Below, piece by piece: positions 1-12,960 of a stretch of 64,000 bases of DNA (position 1 is its first letter; every line of letters starts with the position of its first letter). The notes beneath the pieces were generated by a model. The model made no database searches. It was given only the letters and a program-made list of their open reading frames with translations, and had not been told where the DNA came from. Source of the stretch: Eledone cirrhosa (Eukaryota); the NCBI GenBank assembly GCA_964016885.1, contig OZ024742.1, positions 300,948,001 to 301,012,000 on the forward strand, read 5' to 3'. A program made the position numbers and the translations under genes.

Positions 1-62
1 GTGTCTATGTTAGAAACCGACTCTCTCTCTATTGGTAAAACTTTGTGAAATTATAAAACCAT
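1..62 (+). mobile_element. 3' terminus of an R4/Dong-like RLE non-LTR retrotransposon (runs off window start)
   Basis: Reverse complement of the 3' end seen at 12961-13027 (ggttttataatttcacaaagttttaccaatagagagagagtcggtttctaacatagacac); followed by acatacatac. Confidence 0.7.
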
Positions 63-396
63 AAGAACATACATACAAAGAAGACCAGATTTAATTAAGT
101 ACTCAATACATGCGAATCGGCAGCGTTAGTATAATTTATTGGAATCGCCTTTTGGCGCACCCGTAATCTCCGCTACCTTATTGTGAATAGTTCTTCCCTT
201 CCTCCTCTAGGTCCCCCACCCCTTAGGTCTCGTCCCTGCACTCACGCCCGCTATAAAATGTCTGTTTATTCATAACCAACCTACCCATCCTCACAGGTAC
301 GAACCAGTCTTTTTACATCCGTCTTCCATTTATATGTACCTCCACCAATGTTGGCTATGCCCTCTCCTGTTCTTCTTTACCGGTTTATATACATCG

Positions 397-1510
397 AGGG
401 ATATGAGACATGAGACACCTGACATATGAGACACCTGAGACACCTGAGACATCTGAGACACCTGAGACACCTGAGACACCTGAGACATCTGAGACACCTG
501 AGACACCTGAGGGATATGAGGGATATGAGACATGAGACATCTGAGACACCTGAGGGATATGAGACATGAGACATCTGAGACACCTGAGACACCTGAGGGA
601 TATGAGCCATGACACACCTGAGACATCTGAAACACCTGAGACACCTGAGGGATATGAGGGATATGAGACATGAGACACCTGAGACACCTGAGGGATATGA
701 GGGATATGAGACATGAGACACCTGAGACACCTGAGGGATATGAGGGATATGAGACATGAGACACCTGAGACACCTGAGGGATATGAGGGATATGAGACAT
801 GAGACACCTGAGACACCTGAGGGATATGAGACATGAAACACCTGAGACACCTGAGACACCTGAGACACCTGAGGGATATGAGGGATATGAGACATGAGAC
901 ACCTGAGACACCTAAGACACCTGAGGGATATGAGACATGAGACACCTGAGACACCTCAGACACCTGAGACACCTGGGGGATATGGGGGATATGAGACATG
1001 AGACACCTGAGACACCTAAGACACCTGAGGGATATGAGACATGAGACACCTGAGACATCTGAGACACCTGAGACACCTGAGGGATATGAGGGATATGAGA
1101 CATGAGACGCCTGAGACACCTGAGGAATATGAGATATGAGACATGAGACATGAGACACCTGAGACACCTGAGGGATATGAGGGATATGAGACATGAGACG
1201 CCTGAGACACCTGAGGGATATGAGATATGAGACACCTGAGACACCTGAGGGATATGAGACATGAGACACATGAGACACCTGAGACACCTGAGACACCTGA
1301 GACACCTGAGACACATGAGACACCTGAGACACCTGAGACACATGAGACACCTGAGACACCTGAGACACCTGAGACACATGAGACACCTGAGACACATGAG
1401 ACACATGAGACACCTGAGACACCTGAGGGATGTGAGACATGAGACGCCTGAGACACCTGAGGGATATGAGGGATATGAGACACCTGAGACACCGGAGGGA
1501 TGTGAGACGC
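397..1510. repeat. Modular minisatellite built from GAGACACCT, GAGGGATAT, GAGACAT and GAGACACAT units
   Basis: Directly visible array of about 1.1 kb with 7- and 9-bp variant units; it explains all ORFs at 330-1688. Confidence 0.95.
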
Positions 1511-1613
1511 CTCCGTTGCCCATCAATTCCGTTCCCCTAATCCAACACTTCTCTGTTTCAGGTATCATTCTATTTAATGGATCCCTACCCATTCGCTCCA
1601 GGATCCTGTAGAA

Positions 1614-1806
1614 CAGGCATGTCAAACTGAGGGTCCCCTGAGAGTCATATGTGTCGCATATGTGTTGTCTGAGGGCCACACACGACAACTAATTGCACAC
1701 ATTACAACTATTTTTATTTATTCGAAGATAAAACATGTTCGCGCTGTAAAAACGTTTGTGCGGGCCGCAAGTGTGCTTGTAAAGGGCCGCACATTTGACA
1801 TGCCTG
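1614..1806. mobile_element. hAT (Charlie-like) MITE
   Basis: TIRs CAGGCATGTCAAA / TTTGACATGCCTG; 8-bp flanks ctgtagaa / ccgtagaa (7/8 match) consistent with a hAT TSD. Confidence 0.8.
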
Positions 1807-1896
1807 CCGTAGAACGTAATTTTCCACATTGGAACTACCTTCTCAAATTACCTCAACGCACCTCCCTCACTGTTGCTATAACCTCTATTTATCATT

Positions 1897-1952
<56 letters not shown>

Positions 1953-2123
1953 CCCAGCCTACCACACCAATGCACACAGTCACTCACACAACGCTCGTAT
2001 ATACCATCCAATACACATCTAAATCTCTGCATACACATAACCCTCAGATTCATATGCACACAATGCATATCCACCCTATTGGAGCCATCACTAACAAGAT
2101 TTAGCCACCCATGCAAACATGTA

Positions 2124-2730
2124 TAGTCTCGGGCCCCAAGTAATAGGGGGAGTGGAATAAGTGAGGGGGGTTGAACATTTGCTTTAAATTCTTATAAGCG
2201 AGGTGGGGAGGGGGGATATACGGGGGGGGGGGTCAGTAATTGTATAGTGTACGTTCGTAAATATGGGATTTGTTGTATGTCTCTTTTTTGTCGTACATAA
2301 TGTCTCTTTAGTGAAGACGCGTGTCTGAGTGGTTAAAGAATAGGATTCGCAATCGTAAGGTTACGAGTTCGATTCCCGGACCGGGCGATGCGTTATGTCC
2401 TTGAGAAAGACACTTTATTTCACGTTGCTCCTATTACCTGGAGTTGCGACAGATAGATAGTATTAGCAATTGGAAAGACCAACGGAAACATTGTTACTTC
2501 GGTCCAATTTGATGAAAGTCGATCGTTCCTTCTAATGTCTTTTTAAAGTAAAATAAAATAATTATTAGATTCTCCAGCTGCTGCATCAATATGAATCACT
2601 TACAATAAAATTTCGCCGAAGATAGATTAGCAAGATTTAATAAGCGACAGGTGGGGTGGAATAAAAGCGGAGGGGGTGTCTGATAAATGATTAAGTGGGG
2701 CGGGGGGTCGATTATTCATGACCTGTGACT
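2124..2730. mobile_element. Putative non-autonomous DNA transposon, interrupted by a SINE
   Basis: 2124-2265 resembles the reverse complement of 4255-4373 (e.g. aataggggg...gtaattgtatagtgtacgtt); G-rich subterminal repeats recur at 2640-2730. Confidence 0.4.
2314..2450 (+). mobile_element. tRNA-derived CORE/MIR-like SINE (family also at 11575-11890, 39395-39500, 49350-49480, 51792-52070)
   Basis: A-box-like gtctgagtggtt, B-box gttcgattccc, followed by the core-like tgtccttgagaaagacactttatttcacgttgctcc shared among copies. Confidence 0.75.
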
Positions 2731-3071
2731 ACACACGCGCACGCACACATACACATTTTGCATTATATACGCATAGCTCCATTCCCCCTGCACATTTAGG
2801 TGCATGTACATGCGAATACTCGTATTCAGACATCACACGCCTCCGATACAACCATTTATGGTCCTCTAAGTTTGCTTGTGTCTCCTGCACGTGCGGCTCT
2901 GTTCGTCCGGCACACATTCCAAAGAGCAAGTGTAAATATTTATAAGAGCTACGCGGACTTGTTTATAAAATGTGTTATTTACTAGAGCGTTCTGATACAT
3001 AGAATCGAACATTTTACTGTAATTCATTGTTTTTGTTTTTAATTGTTTAGAAGTCAGGTGGGCTTCTGCTA

Positions 3072-3210
3072 CCAGTACCGGATTTAGGACAAATGAGGCC
3101 CTGTGCTAGTTAAGTTATGAGGCCCCTTACTTGGGGCCCGAAGAAAGTAAAAAAACTTTGGGCGGGAGATGTGCCCACCTGACCAACGAGGCCCTGTGCT
3201 TAAGACAAAG
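3072..3210. mobile_element. Partial copy of the hAT MITE found complete at 22091-22255
   Basis: cagtaccggatttag...gaggccctgtgct matches the reverse complement of the 22091-22255 element. Confidence 0.6.
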
Positions 3211-3319
3211 TTAAGTAGCTAATTAATCTATTGGTTTACAATCGTTTCAAAAGCAAAATTATCGATGTACCGACTAATCGATCTATGACATCAGCCTCGA
3301 GAAAGCATATCTATTCTGC

Positions 3320-3379
<60 letters not shown>

Positions 3380-3524
3380 GAATAAAGAATATAGGTAAAG
3401 ACAGGAAAATGAACGAATATAGACAGTAGTCCCATCCCATCAGTCGACTGCTAGAGATGCGGTGTTTCGTAGTTGAATTTCATAATAAATATCGAAAGTT
3501 GAGCAAGGAAAAAAATGGATGTAA

Positions 3525-3779
3525 TATTTGAAATCAGTACCTCAAAATTAGCTAAAAACAACAACAAAACCTAAGTCAGCAAAAAGTGTGTTGACCAGCG
3601 CTATCTATAAGGAGTCCCCATTCATGAGGATCATACTGTAGAGCACCCATCGCTTTTAACAGTGCTGACACGTGATAGAAAAAAAAATTGTCATTTTTAA
3701 ACTCAGCGGCCCAAAATTACTCAAGAATAGGTCTCAAACTTAAGTCAGTAGAAAAAAGCAAAATTTTGTTGACCAGTGT
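3525..3779 (+). mobile_element. Two terminal fragments of Chapaev3-like DNA transposons
   Basis: Two blocks ending gttgaccagcg / ttttgttgaccagtg, preceded by (aa)tcag..c.caaaatta; similar to the end of the 19.3-21.2 kb element. Confidence 0.45.
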
Positions 3780-4447
3780 TAGCAATCATTTATTATTTTT
3801 CCCTACCTCTCTTACTTCTTTGCTAAATTAAATATTTAATTATCTAACCCCGTAATTTACTTACCTTTCAACCTTCGTTATATTTCATTTATATTATAAC
3901 TACGCCTACACTTAATTTTTATATTTTTATATTTTTCATGTTTCATCTAACAGTATATAATTAAATTAACTAGATGATATTACATCCCATAGTATATTCA
4001 ATAATAGCTACCGATTTAATTTAATTTTAATTTCTATTTTAATCTATGTACCTACTCTCAATCTTGAATAATCGCCCTTCCGACCCCTCTTTTTAATTTT
4101 ACTACCTCCTTCTCCGTTTTTATTCCAACCCACCCGCTTATTAATGTAAGTGATTCATATTGATACAGCAAATGGAGAATCTAATAATAATTTTATTTTA
4201 CATTAAAAAATATTATATATGACAAAAAAAGGAACACTACAATAAATCCCAAATTTACTAACGTACACTATTACAATTACCTTCCTATCCCCTGTTTATT
4301 CCAACACCCCTGCTTATGAGAATTTAAGCAAATTTCCAACTCAACCACCCCTATTATTTGTGACCCGAGTGTACTTATTTTCAGTCTCAATTTTACCTTC
4401 AACTATGTACCAGCATTATGTATAATAGCATTATGTACAATAACAAG

Positions 4448-4637
4448 GGCGGTGGATTGGCAATATCGGTAGAGGGTCGGACGCCATGCTTTCTAGCATA
4501 GTTACGTCCCTTTATGATCTGAATTCAAATCCCGCCGAGGTTAACTTTGCCTTTCATCCTTACGGGGTCGATAAAATAAAGTACCAGTAATTGCACTGGG
4601 TAATTGCTGGCCTTGTGCCAGAAGTAGAAACAATTAT
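4448..4637 (+). mobile_element. tRNA-derived SINE, cephalopod-type (copies at 23900-24082 -, 28625-28743 +, 43912-44102 -, 37440-37512 +)
   Basis: Conserved block gaggttaactttgcctttcatccttacggggtcgataaaataaagtaccagt...ctggccttgtgcca...gtagaaacaatta near-identical in four copies and partial in a fifth; B-box-like gttcaaatccc. Confidence 0.85.
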
Positions 4638-5082
4638 GTACAATAGCATCGAATTCGCGAACCATCCCCGAACCAAATCTATCCTCTGTTCTCTGTTTGT
4701 GTTCGCCGCAATCCTGTTATCTTATGTAACTAATTTTGCAACCAACACCTGATAAGGGACTTGTGTATAATGATGTTAAAAGTAGTGATGGTTGTGATGG
4801 TAGTGGCGGTGGTAGTGGTGATGGCTGCGTTGTTGTTGCTGGTGGCGGAAGTGGTAGTAATGGTGGTGGTGGTGGTGGTGGCAATAATTGTGGTGGTGGT
4901 TTTGGATGATAGTAATGACGATGATGATTGTGGCGATGAAGATGTTGTTGCCGTAGATGACCTTTGTATTGTTATTACAAACAGTTAACATATGATAATG
5001 TATTAGTGTTGTTAGTTAGCCTATAGTAACAATATATATAACAGTGTTGTTAGTTAACCTACAGTAACAGTTGGAGGGTTAC

Positions 5083-5192
5083 TCAGTTAATGGGTCTCTC
5101 AGTTAATGGGTCTCTCAGTTAATGGGTCTTTCAGTTAATGGGTCTCTCAGTTGGTGGGTCTCTCAGTTGGAGGGTCTCTCAGCTGGTGGTGG

Positions 5193-5229
<37 letters not shown>

Positions 5230-5296
5230 GCTGTCGTCGTTGTTGTTGTCGTTGTTTGTTGTTGTTGTCGTTGTTGTTGTTGTCGTTGTTGTTGTT
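5083..5296. repeat. 16-bp tandem repeat (tcagttaatgggtctc) followed by (GTT)n microsatellite
   Basis: About 6 copies of the 16-mer, then GTT/GTC triplets. Confidence 0.9.
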
Positions 5297-5299
5297 TAA

Positions 5300-6890
5300 C
5301 TTTTGATCAGTTCGAATCGAGCAAAGGACCGCTAACCTCTTAATGAGTGAAATGTCAGAACAATATTTACATAATAACGGCGTTAATAACATCAAATCAA
5401 TTAGTGAAAGTGAAGGTGAGGGTGTTTCGCCCGACAGGTGTTCCACAGTACAGCAGGGTGGATTCGGTTGTCAACCATCGACGGCTTGCCAAAGAAGGAG
5501 GAGGGGGGTCGGAAATAATGGGAGAAAGGGGCAAACAAAATAGTGATGGAATACTATGAGAAGTAAACCTACTGGAAGAGGTTACATGAAAACAATGAAA
5601 ACACGGTGAAATGAAAAGGGATTATTTCCATTTAGTGAACGGCAACTAATCGATCAAGCCAGGGCGATTACAAATGAGTTGTTAACAACAGTGGAAATTG
5701 AAGAGATGAGAAGAGCAGTTATATTGGAAGAGAATAATAGTTTCAGAGATGACGAAGTTAGGGAAGTGAATGCCAATTAATGAGAGGAAAGTGAGCAACA
5801 AAGAACGAATCAAGTCAACTTGGTTGGGTTAGACATTGATGAAAATGATATTTTGGTGGCAAGAGAAAGATGATAGGATGAAGGGAAATGTAACATTGTG
5901 AAACGGCTAGCTACAAGGATAAGAAAAGGTGACCAACCCCTAAAATTTAGATACATTGACAGAAGCAAGTGGAAAGCCATTGCTGGAAATATCAACTCAG
6001 TGATTGAAATAATTGAAACTATAAATACCACACAGACAAACAGACCTCTATAGGCTACTGCGAATGTAATAGCAGAATTAGCAGGATATAAGAGCCCTAT
6101 TAGGGACCAAACATCGGAAATCAAAGAACCACAATGGAGAAAAAGAATCAAGTTGGCTGATTTAGGAAAAATATACAAAATGAAAAATGGAGAGATTCAG
6201 AAGAAAAGGATCATCTCATAACTGGAACATGAATACTGAATAAGCAAACATGGATTCGATATAGTACACGAGGAATTGAAACGTCTGGTGACAACTGTTG
6301 CTAAATTGCCGATGTATGATGCATAAATTAAAAAATACAAACAAAATAGATTGTTTGAGGAAAACCAAAGAAAATTATTTGATGAAATCGAGGTATGAGG
6401 AAGAATGATATAAGCCCGAAAGTGGTCGAAATCAAAAACTTTTGAAACGATATTTGTTATAATCCTGTGGTAAAAAATGGAGAAGCATTAGGGTTAAACG
6501 ATGTAGACATTCAGGCACAAAAAGTACTGAAACAAAATGACAATTGACAACCTAAAGGAAAGGTCTGTAAGATAGCTAACTAGAAGCTTGGGCTAGACGG
6601 GGTGCAAGGATACAGAATAAAAAACATAACTTCCCTTCATGGTAGAATAGCAGATCACCTTAAAGTCTGTCTTCGGGAAGGGGATGTACCAATGTGGGTA
6701 ACAACTGGTAGAATTTTATTGTGTTAAAGATGTGGAAAAAAGGATCGCTGGTATTAAGCTTTAGACTTATTACATGCTTGCCATTAGTATGGAAGATTTT
6801 CACTGCCATTTTGGCGGAGGAGTGGTATAAGCACCTGATAGTGTTTGATTTATTACCACGAGACCAAACAGGTTGTTAGAAAGGTAGTAT
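5300..6890 (+). pseudogene. Degenerate 5' half of an R4/Dong-like non-LTR retrotransposon ORF
   Basis: Broken frames translate to Dong-type N-terminal motifs (KPTGRGYMK, KGLFPFSERQLIDQARAI, TTVEIEEMRR) and early RT-region motifs (GLDGVQGY, ITCLPLVWKIFTAIL); many stops. Confidence 0.6.
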
Positions 6891-7020
6891 GATTTCAAAA
6901 GAAAAGTCTGATTAATTACATAGAACGAAGCAAGGAAAGCTTAATCAAAGCAGAAAAATGAACTTATATTAAAGAAAGAAAAGGAAGAAAAGGTAAGGAA
7001 AGGGTTCAAAACGTGCAAAA

Positions 7021-7084
7021 GAAGAAGAAGAAGAAGAAGAAGAAGAAGAAGAAGAAGAAGAAGAAGAAGAAGAAGAAGAAGAAG
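7021..7084. repeat. (GAA)n microsatellite (also 41802-41906)
   Basis: Perfect triplet run. Confidence 0.95.
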
Positions 7085-7236
7085 GCAGATTGAAGATTTC
7101 AATGTCAAGGAAAACTTGCAAATTCAAGCATCTTTACGCTTTTACATAGAATGTTTTAATCAACAAATAATTAAATTAAATATGTTTTTAGTATACACCC
7201 AGTCATTTTTTACGGGTACTATGCTAGTATATATAT

Positions 7237-7744
7237 AATCGTATTTTAATTTATTTAAAAGATTGTTTAATGTTCGCTCATATTTACAGTTCTGGTATCT
7301 CAAATTAGTACCATGGAAAACCACTATTATAGACACCATATATATTTCCGTGGGTACTTAGTACCTATTGGAATATCTATATCATTTATCTGAATTCTCC
7401 TTAATGTTGAGAAAAATATGTTGTGTCATGCTGCTATTTCTAGTAAGATGAAATATCAACTAGTCTATTATTCCCGCTCTTTCTAACGGACACTATTAGT
7501 GTGGTGGTCATTTTAACGGCTTGATTCATTCACCGGGCAGAAAGCGACACATTCACATCTACGTGGATTTATATCTAGTAGGTTTGGAAAAGCTATCTGA
7601 AGAGCTATATCTTTCCATTGGAAATTCTCTTAATTTCTAATCTTTTGATTAGCGAAACCGTCGGTCATGGCACTAGAAGAGGTAAATATTTAAATCGTAT
7701 TTTAATTTATTTAAAAGATTGTTTAATGTTTGCTTGTTCCGCTC

Positions 7745-7747
<3 letters not shown>
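7237..7747 (+). mobile_element. Retrozyme-like / PLE-derived non-coding unit A (period about 456 nt) with terminal direct repeat
   Basis: aatcgtattttaatttatttaaaagattgtttaatgtt occurs at 7237 and 7693; unit flanked by TA runs; contains an HHR; homologous to 30680-31413. Confidence 0.65.
7592..7671 (+). ncRNA. Type I hammerhead ribozyme
   Basis: gctat-CUGAAGA-gcta[long stem II]tagc-GAAA-CCG U CGG-UC-atggc: stems I, II and III all pair; GUC cleavage triplet. Confidence 0.8.
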
Positions 7748-8742
<995 letters not shown>

Positions 8743-8761
8743 TATATATATATATATAGAT

Positions 8762-8883
<122 letters not shown>

Positions 8884-9100
8884 CTTTATTTGCTAAATAT
8901 TTTTGTTTTCTTTGTTGTGGGTTTTCTCCTTGCATTGCTCGAAAATTTCCTTGCTGTTTTGACTGAATCTGGGACTTTTCCTACTATATCAATCGTTAAA
9001 CTAATATACTTTTTCGCTGTACTGTATTGTTTGCATTGTTTTTTTCCTTTACTTTTCGCATATATATATATATATATACATGTGTGCGTGTGTGTGTGTA

Positions 9101-9306
9101 TAATTATGTTATAAACAACACAATATAATTATTCCATTACCCAAGGTTTCACTAAGGGGACCCTAACAGAGGCGTCCAAAGTCGTTCATCAGAAGGAAAA
9201 TTTAATATATCTGATTAACGACTTCGGACGCCTCAGTTGGGGTCGCCTGTCTTCGTGAAACCTTGAGTAATGAAATAATTATATTGTGTTGTTTATTACA
9301 TAATTA
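9101..9306. repeat. Imperfect 206-bp palindrome made of two divergent HHR-derived arms
   Basis: Ends are reverse complements. Minus arm: CUGAUGA...GAAA-CC UUG GG-UA-auggaa. Plus arm: ctgatta-acga...tcgt-GAAA-ccttgag-ta (decayed). Confidence 0.6.
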
Positions 9307-9442
9307 AATAGCTCTGTACTATACATAGAGCACTCTTCTTTCCTTTACCTTTCCCACGGAAATACTTTATATATATATATATATATAACCGCTGAATATA
9401 ATATCCCCCCCCCAGTCCTCGATTAGAACTCTGCCGCCACCA

Positions 9443-9528
<86 letters not shown>

Positions 9529-9867
9529 CCACACTTCCTGTGGCTACCACTAGCCCACAATTTCTTTCTCTTCCATTCTACACAACCATTACATACTCCG
9601 GACTTACCACCCTGAATACGAAAACCCATCACAACCCCCACACCTGCACGCCGGACCACTACCCATCCATCACATCCCCCTTTTTTTCTTAATTTTCTTT
9701 TAAAAGACTTTTTTTGCGTCTTTCCTGACGAAAGGCAAATGTACGATACGTTGACTATGTAACTCACTCTCTTTCTTTTAACCGTGAAACTAATATGACT
9801 TTATGTTAATGTATCCTCTTGTTTATTCGTTTCTTGTTTTCTTTGATACATATATATCCACACACAC

Positions 9868-10033
<166 letters not shown>

Positions 10034-10591
10034 TTAAATTATACTTAAATAGCGACATCGTAATTTATACGGCAAGGATAGAAACAACGAAATAAGGAAA
10101 AAAAGTTTGAAAACTAAGAGTAACATCTAATTTAAGGGCTATTGACATTTTCAACTTTATCCCTATTGATCTACTGACCTTTCATTCCTACTGACCTCTT
10201 CAACTTTGACCTATCCAACAAGCTAACTGCCAGGCGTTGGCTCCAGACAATTTTTTCTTCTCGTTCTAACCTTTCTCTAAATAAACACATCCTGTAAAGA
10301 TCTGTATAACAGCGTACAGGGGCGTGTTAGTGTGTCGTGAGGGGCAGAGCCTCGGAGAGGGAAATAACAAAACAAACAAAACATGGACTGTGAAAATAAT
10401 CTGACATGGAAACTTATTAACGAGTTATACATGTGTGTCTGTATGTATGTACATATGTGTGTGTTATGTGCGTATGCATGTATGTATTTATGTGTATAAA
10501 TGTATGTGTATGTATGTACATATGAGTATGTATGTATATGTATGTGTGAGTGTATATATGTGTGTATATGTATGTATATATGCATGTATGT

Positions 10592-11416
10592 ATTTTCAGG
10601 TTTTATAATTTTATAAATGTTTACCAATAGAGGGAGAGCCGGTCTCTAACATAGATACAAGACTCTCGCATTGGAATTTAAACAACAATATCAACTAGGT
10701 AGATATGTATGCATGTCTGCATGCATGTGTCCAGGTATGGATGTTATTGTATGTGTGGATGTGTGCATGTGCATATGCTTCGTATCTGTACACGTGTATA
10801 TGCAGTTATTAGATGCAAAATTTTTGGATGCTTTACATATTTTTACTGTTCCATTAATGGATTGTACTTGTAATTTCCTAACTAGTTGTGTTCTTTCTGT
10901 TCCTGTGAAGCTCAGCTTCTCAAGATTTGTAATGAGGCAGTTACTAACATACTCCAGTGCCCCAATAATCACAGGCATAAATCTGAAGGTGTAATCAGGG
11001 TGGAGTATCTGCAGATCTCTCATTAGTTCTGCATAGATATTCTCCTTTTCGCTAATCTTTAATATTATATTAGCATCTGCTGGGCAGCTAATTTCCACTA
11101 CTGTCCATGCCTTCTTTTCCTTGTCCCATATCATAATATCTGGTCTGTTATGCCTGCATTTTATTGGGGTTTTTACTGGAACATCCCAACAGTACTCTTT
11201 CATATTATATATATGTGTATGTCTTCCACATTGCTGTAGCTTTTAATGTGTTTATTGTCGGGGATATCTAATAGGTAGATAGTACAGCGATGACATCTTT
11301 TGGCAGCTGCTTATGACATGTGGACAGCTGCTTATGACATGTGGACAGCTGCTTATAACATGTAGACAGCTGCTTATGACATGTGGACAGCTGCTTATGA
11401 CATGTGGACAGCTGCT
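10592..11416 (-). mobile_element. 5'-truncated R4/Dong-like RLE retrotransposon (endonuclease region and 3' UTR)
   Basis: ORF 10691-11203 with RHNRPDIMIWD...VVEISCP...K restriction-like endonuclease motif; TATG-type repeats on both sides. Confidence 0.85.
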
Positions 11417-11910
11417 TTGTATGTATGTTTGTATGTATATATTTATGTATGTATGAATGTATATGTATGAATGTATATGTATGTATGTATGTATGAATGT
11501 ATATGTATGTTTGTATGTATTGTTCTTTTTTTACAATTGCACAAATTCTTTTACCAAATGTATGTATGTATAAATGTCTTGCTCAAGGACACAATGCGCC
11601 GCCGGGATTCGAACTCATGACCTTACAATCGTGAGATGGATTCCCTAACCACAAAGAAACGCGCCTTCTTTATTTCACGTTGTTCCAGTTCACTCAGCTG
11701 GCAAAAATGAGTTGTACCTGTAATTCAAATGGCCAGCCTTGTCACATTCTATGTCATGCCGAATCTCCCTGAGAACTACATTAAGGGTACGCGTGTTTGT
11801 GGAATGCTCAGCCACTTGCACTTTAATTTCACGAGCAAGCTTTTCCGTTGATTAGATCAACTGGAACACTCGTCGTCGTAACCGACGGAATACCTTCCAT
11901 ATATGTATGT

Positions 11911-12298
11911 TCTTCTGGTTTTATAATTTCACAATTTTTTTCCCAATAGAGAGAGTCGGTTTCTAACATAGACACAAGACTCTCTCATTGGAATTTACAC
12001 AACATCAATTAGGTAGATATGTATGTATGCATGCATGTGTAGATATGGATGTTATTGTATGTGTGGATGTGTATGTTTTGAGTTGTATGTGTGCATGTGT
12101 ATATGCTTTGTATCTGTACATGTATATATGCAGTTATTAGATGCAAAATTTTTGGAATGTTTTACATATTTTTACTGTTCCATTAATGGATTGTACTTGT
12201 AATTTCCTAACTAGTCGTGTTCTCGCTGTTCCTGTGAAGCCTAGCTTCTCAAGATTTGTATTGAGGCAGTTACTAACATATCCCAGTGCCCCAATAAT
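11911..12298 (-). mobile_element. Short 3' fragment of the same R4/Dong-like family
   Basis: Near-identical to 12961-13348; flanked by tatgtatgt on both sides. Confidence 0.85.
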
Positions 12299-12316
12299 GT
12301 ATGTATGTATGTATGT

Positions 12317-12925
12317 GTCAGGTCACCAGTTGGTGCTACTGGTAACATGTATCCCAGTACAACCTGTCTCATGGTCGGGTCGTTGGCGACTAAACTGGCA
12401 ACCCCACCAAGGTTTCTTGGTGAGGAGGGTGACTTTGGACATCCTGCAGGACTAAAAACAAAACCTGTCAAAGGGCAAAAGAGCTCTTAAGAGTCAATGG
12501 CCATCCAAAATCACCGGGAGAGATGACCCCTTAGCCTTTGTCAAGGCAGAATTCTAGGAGAAGGAAAACTCTGATATAACACCTGCAACTCTGATGGTAT
12601 CCAATGATGTTGACTTGTTCTTCTTTTTGGTAAATATCATCTTGGTTAAGAGAGTGGGACTGGCTTTGTGCAGTGCCTTTGCTCACTATTAAAGCTTCAC
12701 GGCACAGGCATTGCTTTATATCTGGAGATCTTTCTGCACTTGTCGTTACATGGTACCATGGGCCCAGCACTATGTGTCAATGATTGTCACAGGTGTAGTG
12801 TTTGTACCAGAGTTTTCAAGTCGCTGGCTGGACTAAAAAGTCATATTCATTCAGCGCATCGGTAGGGGTTCTCCTAGATGGATATAAAGTATTGGCCGTA
12901 CTCGAAAACGAGTTGGCAGCCACCA
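12317..12925 (+). mobile_element. Internally deleted RTE-like LINE derivative
   Basis: C-terminal C2H2 finger CSVCTRVFKSLAGLKSHIHSAH followed by a short 3' UTR and (ATGT)n; RTE-like 5' UTR; no RT present. Confidence 0.5.
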
Positions 12926-12960
12926 TGTATGTATGTATGTATGCATGCATGTATGTATGT

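Noticed and set aside
397-1510. CRISPR-like array
   Set aside because: No constant repeat with unique spacers; eukaryotic context; no cas genes.
330-1688. Long overlapping ORFs (up to 351 aa) with SQV/CLR/SGV repeats
   Set aside because: Translations of the minisatellite; open in all three minus frames; no domain evidence.
2314-2385. Possible tRNA gene
   Set aside because: A/B boxes continue into a SINE core shared by several copies; no convincing cloverleaf.
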